This document shows, in pieces, positions 1 through 12,339 of a stretch of DNA of 64,000 bases (positions within the stretch are counted from its first letter, which is position 1; the number at the start of each line of letters is the position of its first letter). The DNA is from Octopus sinensis. Its lineage: Eukaryota. The position numbers were made by a program, and so were the translations under genes. Below the pieces are notes generated by a model, which searched no databases, was not told where the DNA came from, and saw only the letters and a program-made list of their open reading frames with translations. Where the stretch lies: assembly GCF_006345805.1 (NCBI RefSeq), contig NC_043009.1, positions 58,404,001-58,468,000 of the forward strand, given 5' to 3'.

Positions 1-670
1 TACTTGACAATACACAACACCATCTTCTATATACGCTACACTAAAATAAGTCAGACTATATTACGTTACCTTCAAATCAAGGTAAAGGGCTATACAGCAG
101 TAATCACCCCTGTACATCAAGACATAACTCTACACTGTGTGATCTAAATGCAGACACACATCACTGTATAACAAAGACTACGATATGACAAAGCAACAGT
201 ACATTACGCAGATTTAGATAACACTATACACCACAATATGAACAAACGTGCTTTTAATGTCTCGACTTATTAACAATCACAGGGAAATTTCACTCAAATC
301 ACAGGTAGCGTCTTAGGAAAGACACAATGAATAATTCGGTCCAACGTTTTCTGCACATAAGAAAATGTTAGCATAAAATTAAGTAGTATGAAATCAAATA
401 CAAATGGCTGCGGCGGTAGCAATACCTTCCATTATGTATTTTGTTTTATTCGATCCCGTTTGTATTGTAACTAAACAACAACAGCAACGTATACCTCTCA
501 ATTCGCTGGAAATAGCAGCCAAATTTCTCGTAAACATTGCACAGTCATCTCAAAGAGGTGTTAAATAATAATGATAATCATAATGTTGTTCGCGGCTTAA
601 ATGTCTTCGTACATAGATCTTGTCGCTAGGACTAATCTAAGACTTAACAACAAGGGAACATCTCACCATT

Positions 671-721
<51 letters not shown>

Positions 722-735
722 TTACTACTACTACT
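671..735. repeat. (ACT)n microsatellite
   Basis: Pure ACT run; source of the poly-Thr ORF 601..987. Confidence 0.95.
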
Positions 736-1073
736 GTAGATGCAGTTGCTGCTACAGTTATTGCAGCTTGTATGAATGCTACGTGTAATTCTCTTATCAA
801 TATTCATATCAGCATTACCACCACCACTACTACTGCCGCCACCGCTTCAGCGCTGCCGCAACCGTCGCAGCTGCTACCGCCACCGCCATCAATAACAACA
901 AAAACAATAATAGCAAGAAGAAGAGAACAGAACAACAACAACAACAATGACGACAATAGTAAAACCGACAAAAGCAATAAGCGGTGACAACTATCTCTCG
1001 ATCTCGCAAGTTCTCTCTCTCTCCCTCTCTTCCATTCTCTCTGCTTCTCTCTCTCTCTCTCTTTCTCTCTTTC

Positions 1074-1118
<45 letters not shown>

Positions 1119-1463
1119 GTAGCAATTACTGAAACACTAGCCTGGAGGTGCGAAGATGTGCATCTGTTAGTTTATAAGTGCATTTGCCAACACATTCATT
1201 CAGTTGGTTAGAGAAAAAAAAAGTTCTACCGGCATGTTACCGGCATAGTGATGAGAAAAATAGGTAAAGGGAATTTCGAACCATGCTCAGGTGCGAAATT
1301 CTAACAAGACACGCAAAGAAATAACATTCAACAGTCACACGCACAGGTAATTTATTCAACGCGCATGTTTACTGTGTGGTATGGCTATGAAAACATGTAC
1401 AGCCACACCAAGAAGGCAATGCACGTATCGATAAACGAAATAATACCACATAAACACGTCTCT

Positions 1464-1464
<1 letters not shown>

Positions 1465-1554
<90 letters not shown>

Positions 1555-1699
1555 GTATGTATGTATGTATGTATATATATATATGTATGTATGTATATAT
1601 AATATATATATATAATATACATTATTATATATATGTATATATATATACATTATATATATGTATATACATATATATATATACATATATATGTATATATGC

Positions 1700-1731
<32 letters not shown>

Positions 1732-1798
1732 ACATATATATATATAGTATAAATATATATAATATATATATATATATAATATTATATCTATATATATA

Positions 1799-1836
<38 letters not shown>
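1465..1836. repeat. Compound (TA)n/(TATG)n microsatellite, representative of dozens in the window
   Basis: Direct reading. Confidence 0.95.
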
Positions 1837-1839
<3 letters not shown>

Positions 1840-2462
1840 CGAAGTGTGTGCAACACGAGAAAATGTAGAAACACATTAATGCCACATTTCAGAGGAAATG
1901 CTTGTTTGCAACAAAACACTTAACACGTAGTAAAATGCATATAACACACAACAAGCATGCACACAATCTGCAAGCACCTACACGATCGTGTAAACACGTG
2001 CAGCTAAGCAAAATGCATACGCGAATGCAGTTTCGCCAAAAAAAAAAAGAAATATATAGATATATTTTAACGCATAAACGAAATACAAATAGCTACATAT
2101 ATAAAAGCAAAAATATAGCAGCAACCGTATTAAAATATACATTTACGAGCAAAATACGACGAATAATATATGTCTAACACACACACACACAAACACACAA
2201 ACACATATATATATATATAATTGCATCTTTATATATGAGGATGACGTGTCTGACTTAATGAGCTACCTTAGCAAAATATATGCACTCACCAATGGAAATT
2301 CTTGTTTACGTTGCACCCATTCACCCAAACATATCGCTTAGTCATTAATTCATGCACCTTTCTATCTCTCGGTTAGTCTTGCTGTTTTCAACATATCTGC
2401 GTACGTGTGCAAACAGAGAAATGTATGTACGGATGCATATGATATGATATAAATATATATAT

Positions 2463-2540
2463 ATAATTAAATAAGGGTAGAAATTTATATTGATCAATTA
2501 AAACCAGTGGCTTAGCATTTAAAAAAAAAATCCGAAGATT
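2463..2540 (-). mobile_element. Terminal fragment of the same family as the fold-back element at 34745-35005
   Basis: ATAAGGGTAGAAATT...ACCAGTGGC...AAATCCGAAGAT is the reverse complement of the tail at about 34929-35003. Confidence 0.7.
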
Positions 2541-3077
2541 AAAATACAAAATTTGGAGTCCTCTAAATTTTGTATATATATATATATATGTATGTATGTA
2601 TGGATGTATGTATGTATGTATGTATGAATGTATGTATGTATATATATATATATATATATCTGTGGATGTGTGTACAAATAATTAGATATACATATATATA
2701 CAGACACAGACACACACACAAATATATATATATATATATTGTATATGTGTGTGTGTGAGTATGTGTGTGTCTGTGTTTTTGTGTCTGTGTATGTATATGT
2801 AAATATATTGATCATCCATATTTCGGGAATGGTGTGTGGGGTCAGATTTTATTGAAGTACAAAATTTAAGTCTCAATCACTTAGTTTCTTGTGTATGACT
2901 CACTCTGTCGCGTATTTTATTCGTCTCTTAAAACCTAGAGTACAGGTGAACTATAATTCTCTGTAAATTTATGCCCCTGATCTCTTTGTGTTGTCTTCCT
3001 TCCGTCTGTTCATATAAACTTAACAAACACTAATATACATGTGTGTGTGTTTGTGTGAATAATATATATATATATAT

Positions 3078-3440
3078 GCGGCCAAAATGTTCAGAACGAC
3101 ATTGTTTTCGTCAGAAAAGTAGATATAATTTTTTATCAAAGTTGTTTTATATTAATTAATACAATTAATACAATATTATTTGTTATTGCCTGAGATTTTG
3201 GTGTAATTTGAGAGGATAATACAAAAGTTATGGATGATTTAGTGATTTATTGCAAAACCCATGGCGGCCAAAATGATCAGAACGGTTGAAAAAATAACAA
3301 AATAATCAAAAATGACAGAGAATATTGGAATTATTTAATATTTAGTGTGAAGCCCTTTAGCTTCAATCACACTCTGATATCTTCGACTTCATGAGGAAAT
3401 TGAATTTTCAATTTCTTGCTGGGTGATCTTATTCCATTTT
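3078..3440 (-). mobile_element. Tc1-family transposon right end (transposase C-terminus plus IR/DR-type terminus)
   Basis: Minus strand reads KWNKITQQEIENSISS/RRYQSVIEAKGLHTKY* (stop 3335-3337), matching the Tc1 C-terminal motif W..I....I..LI.SM.RR..AVI.AKG..TKY. A 21-nt direct repeat GCGGCCAAAATGWTCAGAACG lies at 3078 and 3264. Confidence 0.8.
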
Positions 3441-3581
3441 CTGTGTATCTTTCTGTTGAAGAGCGTAGGCTCGAAACCTAAAAGACTTGTTTTATTTCTA
3501 TTCCTGAGCGCCATACTAATACAATTGTTTGTTTGTACTCCACCTGCCTTCGTCTTTTGTTTATTTTCGTAAAGCTTTCTG

Positions 3582-3585
<4 letters not shown>
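3441..3585 (+). mobile_element. Penelope-like terminal fragment, family F1, with variant hammerhead at 3448-3485
   Basis: tcttt-CTGTTGA-A-GAGC-gtag-GCTC-GAAA-CC-TA-aaaga; shares flanks with copies at about 7430-7590, 12065-12245 and 30870-31070; ends in (TA)n. Confidence 0.65.
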
Positions 3586-3618
<33 letters not shown>

Positions 3619-3932
3619 TTCTCTCAATCAAGGGTTGTTATAACGGACGGTATTAATGCTTTAGATTAAACAATCAAGTGAATCAGAGTGTAACATGAAT
3701 TAATGAATGGCAGGAGAACACAAATTCCTTAAGAACGTTCATTATCTTAGAGGTTTTACTTCAACAAGAACCTTGCATTGTGGCAGAGAATATATAACAT
3801 ACATGTTAGTGGTACGTGTATTCACAACGTCAGGAATCAACGACAAGAACGGTAAAAGTAAGTTTAAGTAAGGTGTCACATTTAACGATGCACCATAGAA
3901 TGTCAAACAATAGAAACTGTTGAGGTTACATA

Positions 3933-4344
3933 GGCGCAGGAGTGGCTGTGTGGTAGGTAGCTTGTTTACCAACCACATGGTTCCGGGTTCAGTCCCATTG
4001 CGTGGCACCTTGGGCAAGTGTCTTCTACTATAGCCTCGGGCCGACCAAAGCCTTGTGAGTGGATCTGGTAGACGGAAACTGAAAGAAACCCGTCGTATAT
4101 ATGTATATATATATATATGCGTGTGTGTGATTGTGTCTGTGTTTGTCCTCCTAGCATTGCTTGACAACCGATGCTGGTGTGTTTACGCCCCCGTCACTTA
4201 GCGGCTCAGCAAAAGAGACCGATAGAATAAGTACTGGGCTTACAAAGAATAAGTCCCTGGGTCGATTTGCTCGACTAAAGGCGGTGCTCCAGCATGGCGA
4301 CAGTCATCACTGAAACAAGTAAAAGAGGTAAAAGTGGTAAAGAG
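3933..4344 (+). mobile_element. tRNA-derived SINE, family A (CORE-like segment, internal microsatellite)
   Basis: Head with A-box TGGCTGTGTGG and B-box GGTTCAGTCC; CCTTGGGCAAGT CORE-like motif; internal (TA)n(TG)n; GTAAAAGA-type tail; about 10 copies in the window. Confidence 0.85.
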
Positions 4345-5702
4345 GCATAAATCGCAAAGTGAGAATTAGGATAAGGAAGTGGAGTCTCATAACATAATCA
4401 TTAAATCTACTCATGTGTATGACAAAAAACAAAACAAGCTTTCCACTGAACAGCAATCGCCCGCCTTACTATATATGTAACTGAATATGTAATAACTATA
4501 CCGTTAAGCTCCCCAACACCATAACCACTACTGCAAGCAATGCCGACAACATCCCGGGCAATAACAAATTTTAAACTCCATAAAATTTAGCTGTCTGATA
4601 ACCTAGGCCTTAATCTAACTCTCCCTCTCGCTCTACACACACATTTGTATGTATGTCTATATATAATTACGAAATATCCCGGGTCTTACTCCCAGTATGA
4701 TAATCCTCTATTCGACTCGAATCCCTATAACATAAGCAACAACAAGGTCTAAGTAACGTTAGCCTATCATGTGGACACTCTCACAAAATCCAAACATTGG
4801 TTCCTTGCACAAATACATCCATCACCGACATCCATCCAAAAACCATTTACGACTACACTTTAGTAACACTCTGTTCAACATAAAACTCACTAGAGTTCCG
4901 AAAAATATCGATAAGCACCTATAATTATTAAAATATTTATTCTGGAATAACACATCTTTGTTAAATATATTATAAGGCCGTATTCCTAACAGTGACAGAT
5001 ATATTCAGATATTCCTGCAGCCTCCTAACTATTAACGACCTATAAGTCCACTGTGAGATCTTTGATTTTAGCACGCTTTTGGTTATCTTTTACCTGTGTC
5101 TATTGCAAGTATCTATATTAATTTTATTCATATTCATTTATCCAAAATTTGTCGCTTTCAGCTAACGGTTTAATATACTATTTAATATACTATTTTCTTC
5201 ATATGACAAAACGATAATATTTATAACTTAAAAGCCTTTAAACGAGAACAGTGTTTTGAGGTTAATGGCCGGTTGTAGAAATTATGGGTCGATGTCTCAT
5301 GGAAATAAATATAATACAAAGGTGCGAAGAGAAAAAAGTGAAGGTGTTTAGAGTTATTACATTGTATATTATTGCATATTATTGTTGCATATTGTTGTGC
5401 AGCATTTTATTGAGTTTCGTGTCGTTATATAGCTGAAGATGGTATTCTGTACTCAAGGATATTGTCGCATATCAATTAAAGAAGTCGTAGAAAGGCGTTT
5501 TATGGCAATAAAAAACGTTGAGGAACAATTTAATGTATATGATGCCGACAGTTATAAGAAGGATTAGTCAAGCGCACATATTCACTACGGTATACACTCA
5601 CACATACAATCAGACATACGTATTCATGTGTATGTGTGTATGTATGTATGTATGTATTGTGTGAAGCTTGTATGTACATACGCCCACTTACACGTATATA
5701 TG

Positions 5703-5734
<32 letters not shown>

Positions 5735-5883
5735 CTTACACATGTATTATCTATCTAACTACCTATACATCTATCTACCTACACACACATACACACATGC
5801 GCATATATATATAAATATATATGTACATATATGTTTGTATATATACGCACACACACATATATATATATATATATATGTATAGG

Positions 5884-5915
<32 letters not shown>

Positions 5916-6134
5916 CAAACATATATATGTGTGTATATATACACATATATATATATATGTATGTATAGGTATAATATAATATACATATATATATATATAT
6001 ATATATACATATATAAAATATATATATATGTATATATGTATGTATGTATGTATGTATGCATGTATGTATGTATGTATGTATGTATGCATGTATGTATGTA
6101 TAAATCTATATCTATAGCTATATATATATATATG

Positions 6135-7050
6135 CAGTTGTGGGCATAGCTAACCAAAAAGTTACCATTGCCTAATCACTAATCCGCTAAGTTAAAAAGA
6201 GTTAGCTTCGCAAATGCTAAACCGCTAAACAGGTAATAAAAGAAATTTAGCGGAAGCTAACGCTAAATGTTAACCGCTAATTTTTATCATATGAATTCAG
6301 CTTCTATTTGGTTTTGGGACTCTGAAGCCCGTAATAACAGACCTTGAGAGCTGAAATCTTCATGCTGTGTCTTAGATATAGATCTTTCCATAAATGTATA
6401 GCATGACAAGATCAGAAAATGATCAATGTGTACGTAAGTAATAAAATGAACGAATCAAATTAGACATTAGTTTTTTAGTCAATATACAATTTATATACTA
6501 TACAAAAAGTATTCAAGGTATCAAAATGGAATAGGTATCATGCCAAGATCAGAAGATTATCGAGCTGTGCTACTCTGGATGGGCGTTCTCTGTCGCCTCG
6601 ACGTGATGCTGGTTGCCTTTCTTAAACACCAGCCTCTCAAAGTTACAATCAAGCAGGGAGGCTCTCTTGTCCATCAAAATATATTTGCCAATACAGAATA
6701 GGCGCTCAGCTGCAGTACTGGATGGAATGGCGGTGTTATACTTGGTGAATTGGCTGATCAACGCCTGCTCAACCAGAAACGCGACTTAAGTCAGGTCCTT
6801 CTTCCAGACGGTTTCTTTTTCTTGCAGATGGAACTTGTAATGGATGTCTACCATGGCATGGACGAGGATATCAAATGAGCCGAGAGCAGGTCAAAACGGC
6901 GCGTCTTGGGATCCAGTGAGTGCGCTGTCATTTGCAGGTAGGATCTTTTGTGGGCCGACCAACAGTCTGAGTTAGTCGCCACCCAGGGGACATGCTTGAA
7001 TAATCTGTAATTTAAAAATGTTAAATTGTAAAGAGCATATGCTGTAAAGA
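6135..7050 (-). mobile_element. hAT-superfamily transposon remnant
   Basis: ORF 6570..6761 (-) contains PSSTAAERLFCIGKYILMDKRASLLDCNFERLVF, resembling the hAT C-terminal dimerisation motif. Terminus CAGTTGTGGGCA at 6135 is followed by repeated CCGCTAA subterminal motifs. The right boundary is uncertain. Confidence 0.7.
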
Positions 7051-7077
7051 TAAAAACTTAAATTTATATATATATAT

Positions 7078-7415
7078 ATAATATTAATTCGAGACAAAAC
7101 CACTATTTTGCAAATCAAACAAGGAAAGACTTAATCAATACATAAAAAATTTCAATATAAAGTAAATAAATATTTATTTATTTACTTTATTTATTTATTT
7201 ATTTATTTTATTTATTTATTTATTTATTTATTATTATTTATTTACTTTATATTAACATTTTTTATGTATTGATTAAGTCTTTCCTTGTTTGATTTGCAAA
7301 ATAGTGGTTTGGTCTCGAATTAATATTATATAATATTTTACTATAAAATTGGATTTAATCCTAAATCTGATTTTTTTCCCTGTAATTTTGGATTTATTCC
7401 CTAATATTTATTATA
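7078..7415 (+). mobile_element. Fold-back element (inverted arm, copy, tail), same family as 32101-32490
   Basis: Arms at about 7078-7170 and 7235-7330 are inverted around a (TTTA)n spacer. Tail TATAAAATTGGATTTAATCCTAAATCTG matches about 32423-32451. Confidence 0.75.
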
Positions 7416-7429
7416 CATATATATATATA

Positions 7430-7590
7430 GTTGAAATTTATAGAGGAAACAAAAAACGAAAGAGTGTATGAAAAACAAAGAAATGTATTCAGTTTCATGC
7501 TCGGGAAAAATGGAGAAGTCTTTCACGTTTCGAGCTTACGCTCTTCAACAGAAAGGAATAACAGAAAATGAACGGAGGGAAAATGAAGAA
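7430..7590 (-). mobile_element. Penelope-like terminal fragment F1 with variant hammerhead at 7519-7556
   Basis: Minus strand: ccttt-CTGTTGA-A-GAGC-gtaa-GCTC-GAAA-CG-TG-aaaga. Confidence 0.6.
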
Positions 7591-8322
7591 AACTTATAGA
7601 ATTCAGCGGTCCAGCATGGTGGTGGCTACCGCCAATTTAAAACCAACATGGAAATAAGTCACCGTCACTAAGAGTGACAAGGGTGCAGTGAACAACAGCA
7701 TTGCTAGAAATAGGAGTCGTAGACTCCTTAGTCACAAAAGCATATGGTCCCTTTGTATTGAGACGGGAGAAAACCCTTTCGAATCTGACCGATTTGCATT
7801 TGATTAGCATGGTAATTTCGTATAGGAAATTAATACCCATCAGTAGTACTCACTCCATCACAGCTGGTAGAGGATAACTCACTCCTTTCTATATTATGGA
7901 GAATGCCATCGTGACTGGTTTCACAAAGTAGCAATGTGACAATTATAAATGAATCAAGGTGACAGGAAATTATTTAAACCCAACAAAGAAATAATTCATC
8001 GTCACTATATATAAATTGAGGCAGGGAGGAAGAAGGCATAGCATTTGATCGCAACATCTTGTAACCATATTTCCTTTATAGAAATCATACAGATTGCAGT
8101 TTAACGTTTGATACTAGGCTGTTCTAAATTCATGGAAATATTGCTTATGATTTGAAGCATTGTTATTAAAATTTTGAAAACTTGACAGGTGATGCGTTGG
8201 ATGTGATGAATAACCGGGATGAGGGATGGAATGAGGGTCAGAATTTGATAACTTCAGAAGATTCCTTTATTCCTTACTTCATTAAAGATTGCAGTTTTAG
8301 CTGTGCAAACTTAATCAAGAGT

Positions 8323-8361
<39 letters not shown>

Positions 8362-8737
8362 TTGCTAATCAAAATAATTATCATAATATATAATATATGA
8401 TATGTATGTATATATGTATGTATTTATGTATGTATGCATGCATACATGTATGTATGTATACATGTATGTATGTATGTATGTATGTATGTATCTATCTATC
8501 TATCTCTCTATTATCTAATATATCTATATATATATATAACATATGTATATATATATATATATATTATATATAATATATATATATATATATAAACCGTATA
8601 TTATGTATTTCGGCAATTTGATTAGCCATTATATATTGTATTACATTAAGAAAATTATTATTTAATAATTAATTAAATAATTAAATGAAATTAGATATGA
8701 AATTCGCCATAATTGTAATGCAGTAATCTTGAATAAA

Positions 8738-9451
8738 TCCTGGAAAGTTCCCAGGAAAGGAAGGACACCCTGGAAAGTTCCAAGGAAGGAGAGAAGGTAA
8801 ATGACAGTTCCGAGGAGGTAAAGTACCATCTGGAAAGCTCCGGGGGAGGGGAAGTGCTTCCTTGAAAGTGCCAGGGAGGGGGTGGAGGGGTGGAATGAAT
8901 GTCTGGAAAATACTGAGGAGGGGGATGTACTTCGTTGAAATTTCCAAGGATGGGAGGAAGTACTTACTGGAAATTTCTGAGAGGAATGGTTTCCTGGAAA
9001 ATCACGAGGAGGGGATGTACCACTTCCTGGAAAGTTCCTAGGATTCTAGTGGGACATCATAGAAAGTTCCGTGTACGGGGACGAAATTTCCAAGAAAATC
9101 CGTGGGAGGGGACGAGATTACCTGGAAAATTCCGAGGACTGGGACGAGACATCATGGAAAATTCCAAGTGATGGCGGAATGAATTCTAGGAAATTGGGGG
9201 AGAAGGGGAATGAGTTCCTGGAAAGTTTCGAAGATGTGGAGGAAGTAATTCCAGGAAACCTCCGAGGAAATGGAAAAAGGGGGAGGAAGGAATTCCAGGA
9301 AAGTAGGTATGAGCGGAGGTAGTAGTTCCTGTAACGTTCCGAGGAGGGTGAAGAGGGCATGACTTCCTAGAACGTTCCAAGATGGGGCAGGAGATACTTC
9401 CTAGAAATTCCTGAGGAAGGGAAGAGTGGAGTTACCTCCTACAAAGTTCCG
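8738..9451. repeat. Degenerate minisatellite, about 22 units with roughly 30-33 nt period
   Basis: Recurring core TTCCTGGAAAGTTCC separated by G/A-rich variable segments. Confidence 0.8.
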
Positions 9452-9550
9452 GACTAGCTCTCAGTCTATTCTATGTACTATGCTTGATACATTTTGGTGT
9501 TCGTCTGGTATGCCGATATTATGTTCATTTTTATGTGTCTTGATTATGCA

Positions 9551-9608
9551 TGCACTGACGAGTAAAAAGTGCATTTTGTGCACTAATTATGAAATCATAT
9601 GATTTGCA
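9551..9608 (+). ncRNA. Type-I hammerhead ribozyme motif
   Basis: tgca-CTGACGA-[GTAA..AGTGCA ttttg TGCACT..TTAT]-GAAA-TCATATGA-TT-tgca; palindromic stem III. Confidence 0.65.
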
Positions 9609-9876
9609 GCTGAATTCGTTTTTAAAAGGCTCGCTTCGAAAGTTGCATTCCCTCGCGTTCAGTACAAAATGTGTTTATTATGGTAGTATGGACTTTAAGA
9701 GTCTCTCCTAGTTTGAGGCATTTATGTATAGTAATGCCCTTAATATAAATAAATATATCTACAGGAATAAATGATAAATCTTCCCTTATGAGGTTTTCAT
9801 GCTAACTACTTGATAATTTCTTATAAATATTTTATCCTATTTTAAAATTATATATTTATTTATTTATTTATTTATT

Positions 9877-9955
<79 letters not shown>

Positions 9956-10140
9956 GAGTGAGTGAGAGAGAGAAAACTGTACGCCGAGAAAAGAGAGAGC
10001 AACACCCATCATTGAGCTTGACTGTCAATGCAATAAGTGTAATTATTGAAAGAAAGGAAAACAACCTCTATGATAATTTGGCTTCTTATGTCTGAGTGTG
10101 AAGCACTTGATTCAAATCAATGAAACACCTTATCTCGCTT

Positions 10141-10546
10141 TACTCTTTACTCTTTTACTTGTTTCAGTCATTTGACTGCGGCCACGCTGGAGCACCGCCT
10201 TTAGTCGAGCAAATCAACCCCGGAACTTATTCTTTGTAAGCCCAGTACTAATTCTATCGGTCTCTTTTGCCGAACCGCTAAGTGACGGGGACGTAAACAC
10301 ACCAGCATCGGTTGTCAAGCAATGCTAGGGGGACAAACACAGACACACAAACATATAACACACACTTAATATATATATACATATATACGACAGGCTTCTT
10401 TCAGTTTCCGTCTACCAAATCCACTCACAAGGCATTGGTCGGCCCGGGGCTATAGCAGAAGACACTTGCCCAAGATGCCACGCAGTGGGACTGAACCCGG
10501 AACCATGTGGTTGGTTAGCAAGCTACTTATCACACAGCCACTCCTG
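10141..10546 (-). mobile_element. SINE family A, full length
   Basis: Reverse complement of 3933-4344. Confidence 0.85.
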
Positions 10547-11089
10547 ATTTTCATTTAACAATTTCCATGCATCAAACCGAAGCATTCCCAAAATCCGGCA
10601 GGCTTTGCTACTTTTAAGAAACTTTAGTCTCAACGAATTAATTAATACAATTACGACACGAGCCTTTCAACGGCCTGTAATTTGGAGCTTAATATAAATA
10701 GAGAAAGATGAAAATAAATAAGTGTCAGAATAAAATTAACTGTGTGGTTAATATGAACGATTTAACCCTTGAAATCGGTGCCTTGACAAAGCCGCGGTCC
10801 ATTAAGTGTAATCCGTCAAAGAATAAAACAATAGATAGAAAATGTGACAGCTCAGCAGAGAAGCGCGTACATACGTGTACACATACATACATGCATATAT
10901 ATATACATATATATATATATATATGTGTGTGTGTATACATATATGTATAATATATGTATATATCTAAAATATATAGGCTGCTTTCATCTTTTTTATTGCT
11001 GCTGCTTTAAGTGTTAATGGACTGCGGCTGTATGGGTGTATGTGTGTGCTTGTTTGTTGCGTATAGTATACGCCTATAAATATATATAC

Positions 11090-11157
<68 letters not shown>

Positions 11158-11299
11158 CGTATGTATGTATGTATGTATGTATGCATGTATGTATGTATGT
11201 ATAGAGAGACAAATAGAAGAGAGAAAGATCAATTCATATATATATGAATTCATAACTCTTTCTCCCTCTTCACACACACACATATATAGATGCATGGAT

Positions 11300-11300
11300 T

Positions 11301-11394
<94 letters not shown>

Positions 11395-11410
11395 AAGATA
11401 GATAGATAGA
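11300..11410. repeat. (GATA)n microsatellite
   Basis: Direct reading. Confidence 0.95.
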
Positions 11411-11873
11411 CAGTTAGATAATTACGTCTGCGCGGGCGCGTATGTTTCTTTCATAACTAAAAATACAAAGGGATGTTATTGTATGTCTTGTATTACCAGC
11501 TTTAGATGACTGTACTCATTACTGGTTTTCCAGAAATAATAACGAATTACTCCCACGAAGCTACTAAAGAAATAACTTGCAAGTGTAACAACAAATGATC
11601 GTCATGAAATTACTAGGCAGACGAACATAACTTTGTGTATACGTTATCTGCCATGTCACATAAAAATGGAAACAAGTCTGGTTAGAATATTTCTCTTTCC
11701 TATCAAAACGCATTTACCGAAGAGACCAAATAATCTAACGTCACATAACTTTAGCGTGAAAATCATTCGAAGGTAGATTTTTTTCCCCCTTCTATTTGTT
11801 TCCTTTTACTTGGTAGTCTTTCCGAACAGCTTAACATTGTACTAGTTATGCAATTGAGTGATTATATGCAAAT

Positions 11874-12036
11874 GCAGACATGGCTATATGGTAAGAAGCT
11901 TGCTTGCCACTAACATTGATCCCGCTTCAATCCCCCTGCGTGGCACCTTGTCCAAGTGTCCTTTTACTATTAGCCTCGGGCTGATCAGAGCCTTGTGTAT
12001 GGATTTGGTAGACAGAAATTGAAAGATCCTATCGAG
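11874..12036 (+). mobile_element. SINE family A, 5' half
   Basis: Matches 3933-4095 and ends at the internal (TA)n. Confidence 0.75.
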
Positions 12037-12064
12037 TATATATATATATATATATATATATATA

Positions 12065-12245
12065 CGCTAACCACTACACATTCTTTATTTTCTCTCCTTG
12101 TTTCTTTCTGTGTTCCTTTCTGTGGAAAAGCATAGGATCGAAACGTTAAAGACTTCTTCCCTTCCCGAGTATGATACAAATACATCTGTTTGTTGTCTAC
12201 ACGACCTGTCTTCGTATTTTGCTTTTTGTTTTGTTAATTCTCCAT
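12065..12245 (+). mobile_element. Penelope-like terminal fragment F1 with degraded hammerhead at 12115-12152
   Basis: ccttt-CTGTGGA-A-AAGC-atag-GATC-GAAA-CG-TT-aaaga; (TA)n on both sides. Confidence 0.55.
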
Positions 12246-12260
12246 ATATATATATACATA

Positions 12261-12339
<79 letters not shown>

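Noticed and set aside
8738-9451. CRISPR-like look of a conserved core with variable spacers
   Set aside because: Repeats are degenerate, spacers are short and resemble each other, there are no cas genes, and the context is eukaryotic.
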